A stretch of DNA of 64,000 nt from an uncultured Gemmatimonadales bacterium (GTDB lineage: Bacteria > Gemmatimonadota > Gemmatimonadetes > Gemmatimonadales > GWC2-71-9): assembly GCA_963711915.1 (NCBI GenBank), contig CAVQGA010000019.1, forward strand, positions 19,186-83,185, in the 5' to 3' direction. Shown here in pieces: positions 39,663 to 47,980 of the stretch. The notes under the pieces are model-generated. The model was not told where the DNA came from. It made no database searches and was given only the letters and a program-made list of their open reading frames with translations. A program made the translations under genes and the position numbers. The stretch's first letter is position 1. Each line of letters begins with the position of its first letter.

Positions 39663-39728
39663 GCCAACGCTTCTCAGGTCCAACTGCTCACGATTCGCCG
39701 AAGCTCGACGCGCCGCGCCCGCACCATT

Positions 39729-40082
39729 CTAGAGCACTGGGGCCGGCCCCATGATCCAGAACAACACCGCCAAGCCGCCCACGATGGCCCCCACCGTGCC
39801 CAGCAACACCAACAAACCTTGAGCCACCAGGATCCATCGCGAGTGGGGCACGGCCGCCCGCTGCTCGAGCAGCCCCCAGGCCCCTACCGCACTCGCCACC
39901 AGGACCAGTCCAGCGAGGGGGCCTCGGCGCCAGTCGGTCAGGACCACGGCCATGCCGACCACGATCCCCGCGATCGTAAGGCCGACCAAGAAGCGCTGGC
40001 GGGCATGGGACGCCCAGCCCGTGATCCCATCGTAGACCGACGGGTGGAATGGATCGTTGAAGTGTGGTGGAGAGTGGATCAT
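39729..40082 (-). CDS. Hypothetical membrane protein (cassette ORF, 117 aa, 3 TM)
   Basis: MIHSPPHFNDPF...FLVGLTIAGIVVGMAVVL...LAGLVLVASAVGAWGLL...LLVLLGTVGAIVGGLAVLFWI. ATG 40082 lies 18 nt after the attC-D box. Confidence 0.5.
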   Translation of the reverse strand: MIHSPPHFNDPFHPSVYDGITGWASHARQRFLVGLTIAGIVVGMAVVLTDWRRGPLAGLVLVASAVGAWGLLEQRAAVPHSRWILVAQGLLVLLGTVGAIVGGLAVLFWIMGPAPVL

Positions 40083-40099
40083 GAGGTCTTCCGTTTGGC

Positions 40100-40382
40100 G
40101 TCCAACGAATGGGCGCATCAGGGCGCCCCCGCCGGTCCACCGCTATGAGCGCGCCCTCCCCGGGGCGCCGGTCCACTTGGACATCAAGAAGCTGGGCCGC
40201 TTCCGTCGGGTGGGGCACCGCATCCACGGGGATCACGGCGGGCGCAGCCGCGGCAGTGGTGTGGAGGTTCTGCACATCGCCATCGACGATCGGACGCGCT
40301 TGGCCTATGCGGCGCTCTTCCCCGATGAGTCGGCGGTCAAAGCGGCGGCCTTCCTGAACCTCGCGCACAATTACAGTTAGGC
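40100..40382 (-). repeat. attC-like site D, interrupted by an IS481-family fragment
   Basis: GTCCAACGAATGGGCGCATCAGG at 40100 is homologous to the left arms of A and B, and GTTAGGC lies at 40376-40382. The interior is replaced by a transposase fragment. Confidence 0.55.
40126..40380 (+). pseudogene. Internal fragment of an IS481-family transposase
   Basis: YERALPGAPVHLDIKKLGRFRRVGHRIHGDHGGRSRGSGVEVLHIAIDDRTRLAYAALFPDESAVKAAAFL matches the conserved IS481 catalytic-core start. Both the N- and C-termini are missing. Confidence 0.7.
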
Positions 40383-40419
40383 CGCGGCCCGCACCCTCAC
40401 TCCCGATAGCCGATCCCGT

Positions 40420-41027
40420 TCACGAGCTCCACGATAGCCGCAGCACGCCGGACCTCCGACTCTGGTGCGGTCGCCTCGGGCATCCAGTAGCTGTAGGTGC
40501 GATAGCTTCCGCCTCACGAACTTCCACGACGACACTCCACCCATCGAGCCCCAGTGCCGTGCCGTTTGGGAGCGCGTCTACTCCCAGCGAGTCGAGTGGC
40601 CGCAGGGTGCCTTGCCACGACTGGCCCGCCGCGAGTGTCGCCGTGCACATCTCGTACTGGCCGCGCCGGCGTCGTGGCCCGCATCCCGCTGTCTTGTTCA
40701 AATTGGCATGCAGCTCGCGGTTGCTGATTAGGTTGTGATCGCGGTCCGCATTCGCCTCCGCGGTTCCGTCTGTGGCCCTGCTCCACCAAAGATCTTACTC
40801 CCACGCACCGAGGCACCGTCAGAGCGAATTCTCGTGAACGTCTCCGGTTCGATCAGTCCGAAGCCGACCCAGATCTGGACTTCCCGGTGACCGCTCGGTC
40901 GCTCGCTCCCAGCGTGAAGCGGTTTCACACCTACGACCCGCGCGATCTCGTCGATTCGGTACACGTAATCTTGCGCCCACGCGACCCTCGCGAGCGTGAG
41001 AGTCAAGGCAACGCAAGTGCTTACCAT
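40420..41027 (-). pseudogene. Frameshifted cassette ORF encoding a secreted hypothetical protein
   Basis: Signal peptide MVSTCVALTLTLARVAWAQ in frame 1 (to about 40790). The protein-like continuation ...YEMCTATLAAGQSWQGTLRPLDSLGVDALPNGTALGLDGWSVVVEV is in another frame. Confidence 0.45.
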
Positions 41028-41065
41028 ACCACAAGCCAGAGGAAACCTCCGCGTCCACTGCAGCG

Positions 41066-41255
41066 GCCTAACGGATGGCGCATCAGCTGCAGGCGATCAT
41101 CCGCGCGGCCGCACCGCGGCTCCGCACCGCGGGCAAGCCAGCCACGGTGGCGCTGGTCGCCTGCATGCGGAAGCTGCTCACGATCCTCAACGCGATGGCG
41201 CGCACGGGCACCACCTGACCCACCCCTGCCTGTCGGCTGCATGTGCGGGTTAGGC
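41066..41255 (-). repeat. attC-like site A (190 bp; interior carries an IS110/IS1111-family 3' remnant)
   Basis: GCCTAAC (41066-41072) ... GTTAGGC (41249-41255). The arms TGGCGCATCAGCTGCAGGCGATCAT / CCTGTCGGCTGCATGTGCGGG are complementary with bulges. Confidence 0.6.
41075..41218 (+). pseudogene. C-terminal remnant of an IS110-family transposase
   Basis: ...LRTAGKPATVALVACMRKLLTILNAMARTGTT* matches the conserved IS110/IS1111 C-terminus (AGKP.KVAL.ACMRKLL..LNAM). Confidence 0.6.
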
Positions 41256-41606
41256 GGCCCGGCCGGTGTGCTCGGCGATGGTCGCGCTCAGGTGAGCCGC
41301 GGTGTGTTGGACCTCAGGCCATTCCGGGTGATCTGCGCCCAGATGACCTGCGGCAAGTTCCTGAGTTAACGCGCGACAGAACTCGGCCGCACGGCGCAGC
41401 CGAAAGCGCTCCGCCGTGGCTCGTGGCGCCTCCGCCCCGGCTGCGGTAAGCAACGCCCAGACCCGGAGCCGGATCTCGTCGACAGTGCTCTTGAATTCCG
41501 GTAGGCCGTCAGGCGGAACCTCCCCGGCGTCCAGTCGACTCTCCAGATCCTGGAGGATGATGCGCATTCGTGCGAGTTCCTCTTGCACTGTGGCGGCCAT
41601 CGGCAA
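41250..41606 (-). CDS. Hypothetical helical protein (cassette ORF, 118 aa)
   Basis: MPMAATVQEELARMRIILQDLESRLDAGEVPPDGLPEFKSTVDEIRLRVWALL... The stop TAA lies inside the GCCTAAC box of site A. Confidence 0.5.
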   Translation of the reverse strand: MPMAATVQEELARMRIILQDLESRLDAGEVPPDGLPEFKSTVDEIRLRVWALLTAAGAEAPRATAERFRLRRAAEFCRALTQELAAGHLGADHPEWPEVQHTAAHLSATIAEHTGRAA

Positions 41607-41742
41607 GCCTCCTCGAGAGGAGAAGCAGAAGCGGGCGGCGGTCTGGACTGTCCCGAATCCTACCGACTTCCCGGACGCCTCAAAAGCCTTCGTAGCATGG
41701 CGGTGCGTCCGACGTTATGTGACCAGGCTGAGATGTGGGTCC

Positions 41743-41879
41743 GCCTAACGACTGGCGCATCAGCAGCAGGCGATCATGCCGGCGTCCGCACAAATAGACG
41801 TTCCGCGTCGGCCTCGAGGAGCGGCGCGCCCGCGTAGCGCCGGCCCGTCCGGCCTGTCGGCTGCATGCGCGGGTTAGAC
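41743..41879 (-). repeat. attC-like site B (137 bp, intact)
   Basis: GCCTAAC (41743-41749) ... GTTAGAC (41873-41879). CTAAC/GTTAG, GCGCAT/ATGCGC and CAGC/GCTG pair, with unpaired bases between them. Confidence 0.6.
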
Positions 41880-41916
41880 AGCACGTTGGTACAGTCTCAG
41901 CTGATCGGTAACACTT

Positions 41917-43168
41917 TGTTCTCACCTGATGGGTGACACCTCCATAACCTAGGGGCCTCAGAGGAGGCCCCGATGCCCTGGAGAGTCACGTCACCCATGC
42001 ATGAGCGCCAGCGATTTGTGCTCGACGCCGAGCACAGCCCTGCATCCTTCGCCGAGCTCTGCCGGCGTTACGGCATCAGCCGCAAGACCGGCTACAAGTG
42101 GCTCGAGCGCTATGCCCGCCTCGGGCCCGAGAGCCTTGCCGATCGCTCGCATCGGCCCCAGTGCTGCCCTCACGCCACCGCGCCTGCCCTCATCCGCGAG
42201 ATCCTCCAGCTGCGCAAGTCCTGGCGCTGGGGCGCCCGCAAGCTCCACCAGCTGCTCCTCGACACCCACCCGGCTGACGAGGTCCCCGTCCGATCGACGA
42301 TTCACCGCATCCTCGTCCAGCATGGCCGCGTCCCACGCCGCCGCCGCTCGCAGCGCCGAGCTCATCCGGGCCCGCCGCGGACCCCGATCACCGGCCCGAA
42401 TGCCGTCTGGTCGGTTGACTTCAAAGGCCAGTTCAAGCTGGGCGATGGCCGCTACTGCTATCCGCTCACGGTCCAGGATGTGTACTCCCGGTATCTCCTG
42501 GCCTGCGAGGGCCTCGATGGCCCGCGCCTGCAGCCGACGCAGCGGGTTTTCCGCCGCTTGTTTCGCGAGTCTGGCCTCCCGGCGCGCATCCGCTCCGATA
42601 ACGGCCAGCCGTTCGCCTCGTGCGCGCTGGGTCGCCTCTCCCAGCTCAGCGTCTGGTGGCTCCAGCTCGGCGTCCGCCCCGAGCTCATCGAGCCCGCCTC
42701 ACCCCAGCAGAATGGCCGCCACGAACGGATGCATCGCGATCTCAAGGCCGAGACCACGCGGCCGGCGGCCGGCTCCCTCCGCGCCCAGCAGCGCCGCTTC
42801 GACGCCTTTCGGCGTACCTTCAACGAGGTGCGCCCCCACGAGGCGCTCGGGCAGCGCCGGCCCGCTACGCTCTACACGCCGTCCGACCGCCTCTATGTGC
42901 CGCGGCGGCCGCCGATCACCTACCCCGAGCACTTCGAGGTCCGGCGCGTCTCCACCAACGGCGGCATTCGCTGGAACCGGCGCTGGGTAAACGTCTCACA
43001 CATCCTGGCCACGCTGCCGGTCGGCCTCGAGCCCCTCACGACCGGGACGTGGAACGTCTTCTTCGGTCCCATCCACCTCGGGGGGCTCGATGAACACGAC
43101 TATCGCATTCACGACCGCCGAGGTCGAATCCAGCGCGAACGCCACCTGTCACCCATCAGGTGAGTACA
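41917..43168 (+). mobile_element. IS481-family insertion sequence (1252 bp)
   Basis: IRL TGTTCTCACCTGATGGGTGACA (41917-41938) and IRR TGTCACCCATCAGGTGAGTACA (43147-43168), 21/22 complementary, with TGT...ACA termini. A second, degenerate copy of each IR lies just outside (41895-41913; 43171-43189). Confidence 0.85.
41973..43163 (+). CDS. IS481-family transposase (HTH + rve integrase core)
   Basis: FAELCRRYGISRKTGYKWLERY; WSVDFKGQF..YPLTVQDVYSRYLLA..IRSDNGQPF...PQQNGRHERMHRDLK (DDE). Confidence 0.92.
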   Translation: MPWRVTSPMHERQRFVLDAEHSPASFAELCRRYGISRKTGYKWLERYARLGPESLADRSHRPQCCPHATAPALIREILQLRKSWRWGARKLHQLLLDTHPADEVPVRSTIHRILVQHGRVPRRRRSQRRAHPGPPRTPITGPNAVWSVDFKGQFKLGDGRYCYPLTVQDVYSRYLLACEGLDGPRLQPTQRVFRRLFRESGLPARIRSDNGQPFASCALGRLSQLSVWWLQLGVRPELIEPASPQQNGRHERMHRDLKAETTRPAAGSLRAQQRRFDAFRRTFNEVRPHEALGQRRPATLYTPSDRLYVPRRPPITYPEHFEVRRVSTNGGIRWNRRWVNVSHILATLPVGLEPLTTGTWNVFFGPIHLGGLDEHDYRIHDRRGRIQRERHLSPIR

Positions 43169-43197
43169 CCTGTCACCCATCAGTTGAGACGTTCAGT

Positions 43198-43500
43198 TCA
43201 CCGGGGATTAACTGCAATCCAGGCTGCCACGAGTTTGCGATAGTCTAGGAACGTGAGTTCGGCTGGCCGTAGACCTTCCCGTTTACACATGAACGGCAGT
43301 TGCCTTCTGAACTCGACGTACCGCGCTGCAAGAGTCGAAGGCCCGGAATCTTGCTGTGAGAGGGTAGGTTGGCCTGGAGCCGGTTCCGCACTGCCGTAAG
43401 TGCCTGACTGACCTCGTTCGCGTGGGCACGAATATCCTGCCCTGAGATGTCGGAGCAGAAGATCTGATACCTGTAGCGATCCCGGTCCAAGATCAGGCAT
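43198..43500 (-). pseudogene. Frameshifted hypothetical cassette ORF
   Basis: Protein-like stretches lie in two frames: DRDRYRYQIFCSDISGQDIRAHANEVSQALTAVRNRLQ, then YVEFRRQLPFMCKREGLRPAELTFLDYRKLVAAWIAVNP. Separated from its attC (site B) by the IS481 element. Confidence 0.4.
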
Positions 43501-43505
43501 GACGA

Positions 43506-43571
43506 GTCATCCTGAGCGCAGCGAAGGAGCCATGACCGTAGGCATGCCCCCTTCGCTTCGCTCAGGGTGAC
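43506..43571. repeat. REP/MITE-like element, copy 5 (66-bp subfamily)
   Basis: GTCATCCTGAGCGCAGCGAAGGAGCCATGACC...CCCCCTTCGCTTCGCTCAGGGTGAC. Confidence 0.85.
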
Positions 43572-43607
43572 TCCCCGACGCAAGCAGCCGCGCCGCGCCG
43601 GCGGTGG

Positions 43608-44474
43608 TCATGCCTGGGGCCGGGCGTCCATGCCGAAGTCGGCTTCGATGCGATCGTACCACGCGGCGTCGTCGAGGCCGCCCATCGCCACCCACGCCTC
43701 GTCACTCATCCCCCGGCGCCAGCCCAGGAACGGCTCGGCGTCCGGCCCCACCGGATGCCGGAGCTGCGCGGTGTCGCCCACGGCGATCTCGAGAATCTTG
43801 TCGGCGACCACCGCAGGGGACACCGGAGACTTGAGCGCCGTGGTGAACAGGGCCGCGATTCGGCGCTGCTGGGAATACGGGGTCGGGGCTCGCGCCGTCC
43901 CGATGTTCCTGGCCATCTGGGTGTCGATGATCCCCGGCTCGACAATGGCCACCCGGATGTTGAACGCCTTGCCCTCCTGGGCCAGGCACTCGCTCAGCGC
44001 TTCCAGCGCGAACTTGGACGCAGTGTACGCGGCCATCGGCGCCACGGCGACGTGTCCCGCGACCGAGGCGACGTTGATGATGCATCCACTCCGCCGCTCT
44101 CGCATCGCCGGCAGGACGGCCTGGCAGCACCGGATGACCCCGAAGTAATTCGTTTCCATGACCGCGCGGAACTCCGCCAGCGGCAGCTCCTCGACCGACC
44201 CCAGGCGCTCGATGCCGGCGTTGTTGACCAGCACGTCGATCGGGCCGATCTCGCGGTCGATCCTCGCCATCGCGTCGCGCACCGAGGCATCGGTGTCCAC
44301 ATCCATCGGGATCACGGTGATGGCGAGACGCTCCCGCGCGGCGGCTTCCGCCAGCGCGGGGGCGCCGGCCGGGTTGCGCATGGTGGCGGCCACACGGTGG
44401 CCGGCCCGGGCACACGCGAGCGCCGTGGCCAGGCCGATGCCGGTGCTGCTCCCGGTGATCAGGACGGTCGTCAT
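43608..44474 (-). CDS. SDR-family oxidoreductase (classical)
   Basis: VLITGSSTGIGLATA, NNAG, YTASKFALEALSECLAQE. Confidence 0.88.
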   Translation of the reverse strand: MTTVLITGSSTGIGLATALACARAGHRVAATMRNPAGAPALAEAAARERLAITVIPMDVDTDASVRDAMARIDREIGPIDVLVNNAGIERLGSVEELPLAEFRAVMETNYFGVIRCCQAVLPAMRERRSGCIINVASVAGHVAVAPMAAYTASKFALEALSECLAQEGKAFNIRVAIVEPGIIDTQMARNIGTARAPTPYSQQRRIAALFTTALKSPVSPAVVADKILEIAVGDTAQLRHPVGPDAEPFLGWRRGMSDEAWVAMGGLDDAAWYDRIEADFGMDARPQA

Positions 44475-44764
44475 GTGGTTCGCTCCAGGGGATGGGGGTC
44501 GAACACTAAGGATGCATCGCTAGCGGACGGGCCGCTGTTCCCGGGCCTGTCGCCTGGGGGCGAGGGTTCGGCCGCAGAGGGCGCGCTCCACCAACTTACG
44601 TGCCTTCCCGCGTTCCGGGAGAGGAGTCGCCCGGCAGACAGATCGGTCCTGCGCTGATGAATTAACTTGCGACATTGGCCCCCGATTCGGCCCGCCGCGT
44701 CGCGCGCCCGCGCGCCCGCCCGGCGACTGGAGACCAGCTTTTTACAGTCGGGGAGCTGTCATCT

Positions 44765-44863
44765 GTCATCCTGAGCGGAGCGAAGGATCGGCCCGGGCAT
44801 GCGAGTGAGCCTCAGGCTCCCACTCGGTCCACCGACCCGATCCTTCGCTTCGCTCAGGATGAC
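44765..44863. repeat. REP/MITE-like element, copy 6 (99 bp)
   Basis: GTCATCCTGAGCGGAGCGAAGGATCGG...CCGATCCTTCGCTTCGCTCAGGATGAC. Confidence 0.85.
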
Positions 44864-44890
44864 TCGGACCACCACGAAGGAGACCCATCC

Positions 44891-45691
44891 ATGACCACGA
44901 CTACCCAGACGACGACCCACCGCACCGGCACCCGCGACGAATGGCTCGCCGCCCGGCTCGCGTTGCTCGAGGAAGAGAAGGCGCTGACTCACCGGGGCGA
45001 CGAGGTGGCCCGCCGCCGCCAGGCGCTGCCGTGGGTCCGGGTGGACAAGCCGTACCGGTTCGAGACCGAGGAGGGCCCCGCCGCGCTGGCCGACCTCTTC
45101 CGCGGCCGCTCGCAGCTCCTGGTCTACCACTTCATGTTCGGTCCCGACTACACGGCGGGATGCCCGGCCTGCTCGTCGATCGCGGACGGGTTCAATCAGT
45201 CGGTCCCCCACCTGGCCCACCACGACGTGATGTTCTGGGCGATCTCGCGGGCGCCGCTGGCCAAGCTCCAGGCCTACCGGCGGCGGATGGGGTGGAGCTT
45301 CCCCTGGGCGTCCTCCGGCGGCAGCGACTTCAACCTCGACTTCCACGCCGGCCTCACCGAGGAGCAGCAGCGCACGGGCAATTTCGAGTACAACTACCGC
45401 CCGGGCACCCCCGCCCCGCGTGCCAACGAGACCGGCACCACCGGCGCGTCGGCGCCGCCGGGAGCGGAGTTCGCGGCGATGTCGGGCGTGGACTGGGCGA
45501 CGTACATCCGCGAAGAGCCCGGGATGAGCGCCTTCGCCCTCGAGGACGGCGTGGTCTACCACACCTACTCGGCCTACCAGCGCGGCCTGGACACGCTCTG
45601 GCCCATGTACCAGTGGCTCGACCGGGCGCCGCTCGGCCGGAACGAGACCGGCCTCTGGTTCCGGCGGCGGGACGAGTACCCGAAAGGGTGA
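44891..45691 (+). CDS. DUF899 thioredoxin-like family protein
   Basis: RDEWLAARLALLEEEKALTHRGDEVARRRQALPWVRVDKPYRFETEEGP..LADLFRGRSQLLVYHFMFGPDY..GCPACS. ATG 44891 is preceded by GAAGGAG; the upstream part of the track ORF is REP-derived. Confidence 0.8.
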   Translation: MTTTTQTTTHRTGTRDEWLAARLALLEEEKALTHRGDEVARRRQALPWVRVDKPYRFETEEGPAALADLFRGRSQLLVYHFMFGPDYTAGCPACSSIADGFNQSVPHLAHHDVMFWAISRAPLAKLQAYRRRMGWSFPWASSGGSDFNLDFHAGLTEEQQRTGNFEYNYRPGTPAPRANETGTTGASAPPGAEFAAMSGVDWATYIREEPGMSAFALEDGVVYHTYSAYQRGLDTLWPMYQWLDRAPLGRNETGLWFRRRDEYPKG

Positions 45692-45799
45692 GGCGAGCGC
45701 GGGATCTGTCTCTGCGGTCCAGAGAAGTGAGCATCCGCGAAGTGAGGCCCGCCGGATAATCCGAGTCAGCTCGACTCGGCGAAACGCCCCAGCCGGCGA

Positions 45800-47023
45800 T
45801 CAAGGGCGACTGAACACCGCCCCGTGCGGGATCGCCTTCGCGTTCCCGCCATGGGGCCAGGTCTTGTCATCCATCCGGAAGCCGGGCTCGGTCGCCCCTT
45901 GCTCCCGGAAACGCTCATCGAGCGACAGCCGCCCGGTCGCGGAGTCGAAGCGCGCGATCATCACGCGATGCTTGAGGCTGCCGTAGCCGGTGATCACCAC
46001 TCGTCGCTGGTCCTCCGAAATGGCGATCCAGTGCGGCACGTCGTCCGGGCCGAGCGTGACGCGGCCCGCCTCATGCGGAGCGGAGGGATCGCTGATGTCG
46101 AGGCTCACGACGGCGCTCCAGGCGGGAACGGTCACCAGGTAGTAGTGCCCCGAGATGACCGGGATGGCGCAGTACGTCCCCGCCTTCCGGGGGAACGACG
46201 CCACCAGGCGGGCCGATGGTGCGTCGCTCTCCAGGCCCTCCATTAGGTACAGCCCGCAGGCGAAGGTGGAGACCAGGACGGTCCGGCCGTCGGCCAGGAC
46301 CCGCGGCTCCGCGGTCATCATCGACTCATCGCCGGCCGGGCCGTTGGGCAGCGTGATGGTGTGGAGCGGCGTCAGGTCGGAGAGCCGCCAGATCTGGAGC
46401 TGGCGCGAGGCGGGGGACGATCCGTGCATGTCGGTCGTGGTCGTCACGATCCGGTCGAGCCTGGGGACGATGCCGGCGCTGTAGACCCGTGTCTCCGGAT
46501 CGAGGCCCGGAGTGTCGGCCGAACCGGAGCGCACCGGCTGCCCGGCGGGCGTCAATTCGACGAGCCCGCCGGGCGTCATGCCGGCCGGCCCATGCCGCAT
46601 CTGGAAGGTCGCGAGGACGTGGCCGTCGGGCAGCCGGAGGAACGAGTGCGGGTGGCTGTAGCCCTCGACGTCGCCGAACTGCCCGGCGAGGCGGGGATGG
46701 CCGGGGTTGGTCAAGTCGAAGATGAAGCTCTCGCCCGAGCCGAAGCCGTTGGCGAAGAGCTGCCGGTCGGCCGGCAGCTCGTGCTCGGTATGGTGCGGCC
46801 CGTTATGGAGGCCCGGCACCGGGAGCGTGGTGACGAGACGGCCGTAGCGGGCGGAGTCCTCGCTGACGTCGAGGACGGCGAGGAAGTCGGGCTTCGTGGA
46901 GTCGGCGGATCCGGTCCACAGATAGAGATACGTGGGTGCGGGCGCGGGCCTGGCCGGTGGGCGGGGGCCGCAGCCGAGCAGTGAGAGGAGGGCTGCCGCC
47001 AGAACGCTTTTGATCGTCGTCAT
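45800..47023 (-). CDS. Beta-propeller lipoprotein, selenium-binding protein (SBP56)/methanethiol-oxidase-like
   Basis: Lipobox LLSLLGCG. YLYLWTGSAD...DFLAVLDVSEDSARYGRLV..LPVPGLHNGPHHTEH resembles the SBP56 N-terminus. Family call is tentative. Confidence 0.5.
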   Translation of the reverse strand: MTTIKSVLAAALLSLLGCGPRPPARPAPAPTYLYLWTGSADSTKPDFLAVLDVSEDSARYGRLVTTLPVPGLHNGPHHTEHELPADRQLFANGFGSGESFIFDLTNPGHPRLAGQFGDVEGYSHPHSFLRLPDGHVLATFQMRHGPAGMTPGGLVELTPAGQPVRSGSADTPGLDPETRVYSAGIVPRLDRIVTTTTDMHGSSPASRQLQIWRLSDLTPLHTITLPNGPAGDESMMTAEPRVLADGRTVLVSTFACGLYLMEGLESDAPSARLVASFPRKAGTYCAIPVISGHYYLVTVPAWSAVVSLDISDPSAPHEAGRVTLGPDDVPHWIAISEDQRRVVITGYGSLKHRVMIARFDSATGRLSLDERFREQGATEPGFRMDDKTWPHGGNAKAIPHGAVFSRP

Positions 47024-47065
47024 GCCGTTCCTCAGCCTGGGGTTGCCGCACAAACGGAAGCCCGG

Positions 47066-47221
47066 TCAGCGTCGCTTCCGCTTGGCGGCCTTGGCGCCCT
47101 GCTTTCCCAGCGCCGCGCGGGTCTTCTTCGGAAGTCGGGAGATGGTCTTCTTCGTCCTGGCGGCCTTGGCGGCCCGCTTGATGTTCTTTCGTGCCGCCGC
47201 CTTCTGCTTTGCCGTCGCCAT
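47066..47221 (-). CDS. Small Lys/Ala/Arg-rich basic protein (51 aa, histone H1-like composition)
   Basis: Below the ORF-track size cutoff. Own translation gives MATAKQKAAARKNIKRAAKAARTKKTISRLPKKTRAALGKQGAKAAKRKRR, preceded by GGAGGA at 5-nt spacing. Confidence 0.5.
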   Translation of the reverse strand: MATAKQKAAARKNIKRAAKAARTKKTISRLPKKTRAALGKQGAKAAKRKRR

Positions 47222-47289
47222 TGGTCCTCCATTGTAAGGGATTCACCTGGTGTTCGCGCAACGAGCCGCGCATCAGCCACGGGCCACGC

Positions 47290-47727
47290 TCAGACCGCGC
47301 CGTCGAGGTGCTCGCGCAGCGGCCGGTCGTCCCGCACCATGTGATCGCTGATATGGAACACGTCCGCCAGTCGCTCGTGCTCCAGGGCCTCCGCTCGATC
47401 CAGCATCCGGCCCAGCAGCGCGATCCCGTTCCAGGGCGACTCGGCCGCATCCACCACCGTGACCTGGTACTCCGACTCGGCGGACCGCAGTCGAAGCGCG
47501 ATGGCGACGCGGTCCCAGGGCCTCGAGCCCTCGCTCCAGTCGCCGACCGATACGACCGCGTCGACTACGCGCGGCTCATGCCCCTCTCCGAAGCGCGCGT
47601 AGTAAATGGCGTAGGCATCCCCGTCTTCGTAGACGAAGCGCGTCAGCGACCTGGTGAGGCCACCGCAGCACTCACACTTCACGGCGCTGGGTTCGGAGAA
47701 TTCAATGGTCAGCATGAAGGCTCGCAC
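47290..47727 (-). CDS. Hypothetical protein
   Basis: 145 aa with protein-like composition (LTIEFSEPSAVKCECCGGLTRSLTRFVYEDGDAYAIYYARF...). No family recognised. Confidence 0.5.
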   Translation of the reverse strand: MRAFMLTIEFSEPSAVKCECCGGLTRSLTRFVYEDGDAYAIYYARFGEGHEPRVVDAVVSVGDWSEGSRPWDRVAIALRLRSAESEYQVTVVDAAESPWNGIALLGRMLDRAEALEHERLADVFHISDHMVRDDRPLREHLDGAV

Positions 47728-47980
47728 GGAACGAGGTCCGGGACCTCAATCGCCCGTGACATGCTCGGGGCCCTGCGCCCGGCCCGCCACGGGCGCCACC
47801 AGCAGGACGATACCGAGCAGGGCTCTCGACAATTCCGGGTCCCTGTGCCCTGCAGCGCCCAGGTCCGCCGGTGCATCATGCCGTCAGGCGATTTCCTCGA
47901 GAGCCCAACCGCCAGGCAACGCCCGAGCGGAGTCTTGCGACTGTCCGGCCGATCGGCTGCGCCGGCTGCCCGGCTCTGGG

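Noticed and set aside
43584-44474. Integron integrase or attI expected to the right of the cassette array.
   Set aside because: The region holds a REP element and a classical SDR gene. No tyrosine-recombinase motifs were seen anywhere in the window, so the array is reported as integrase-less.
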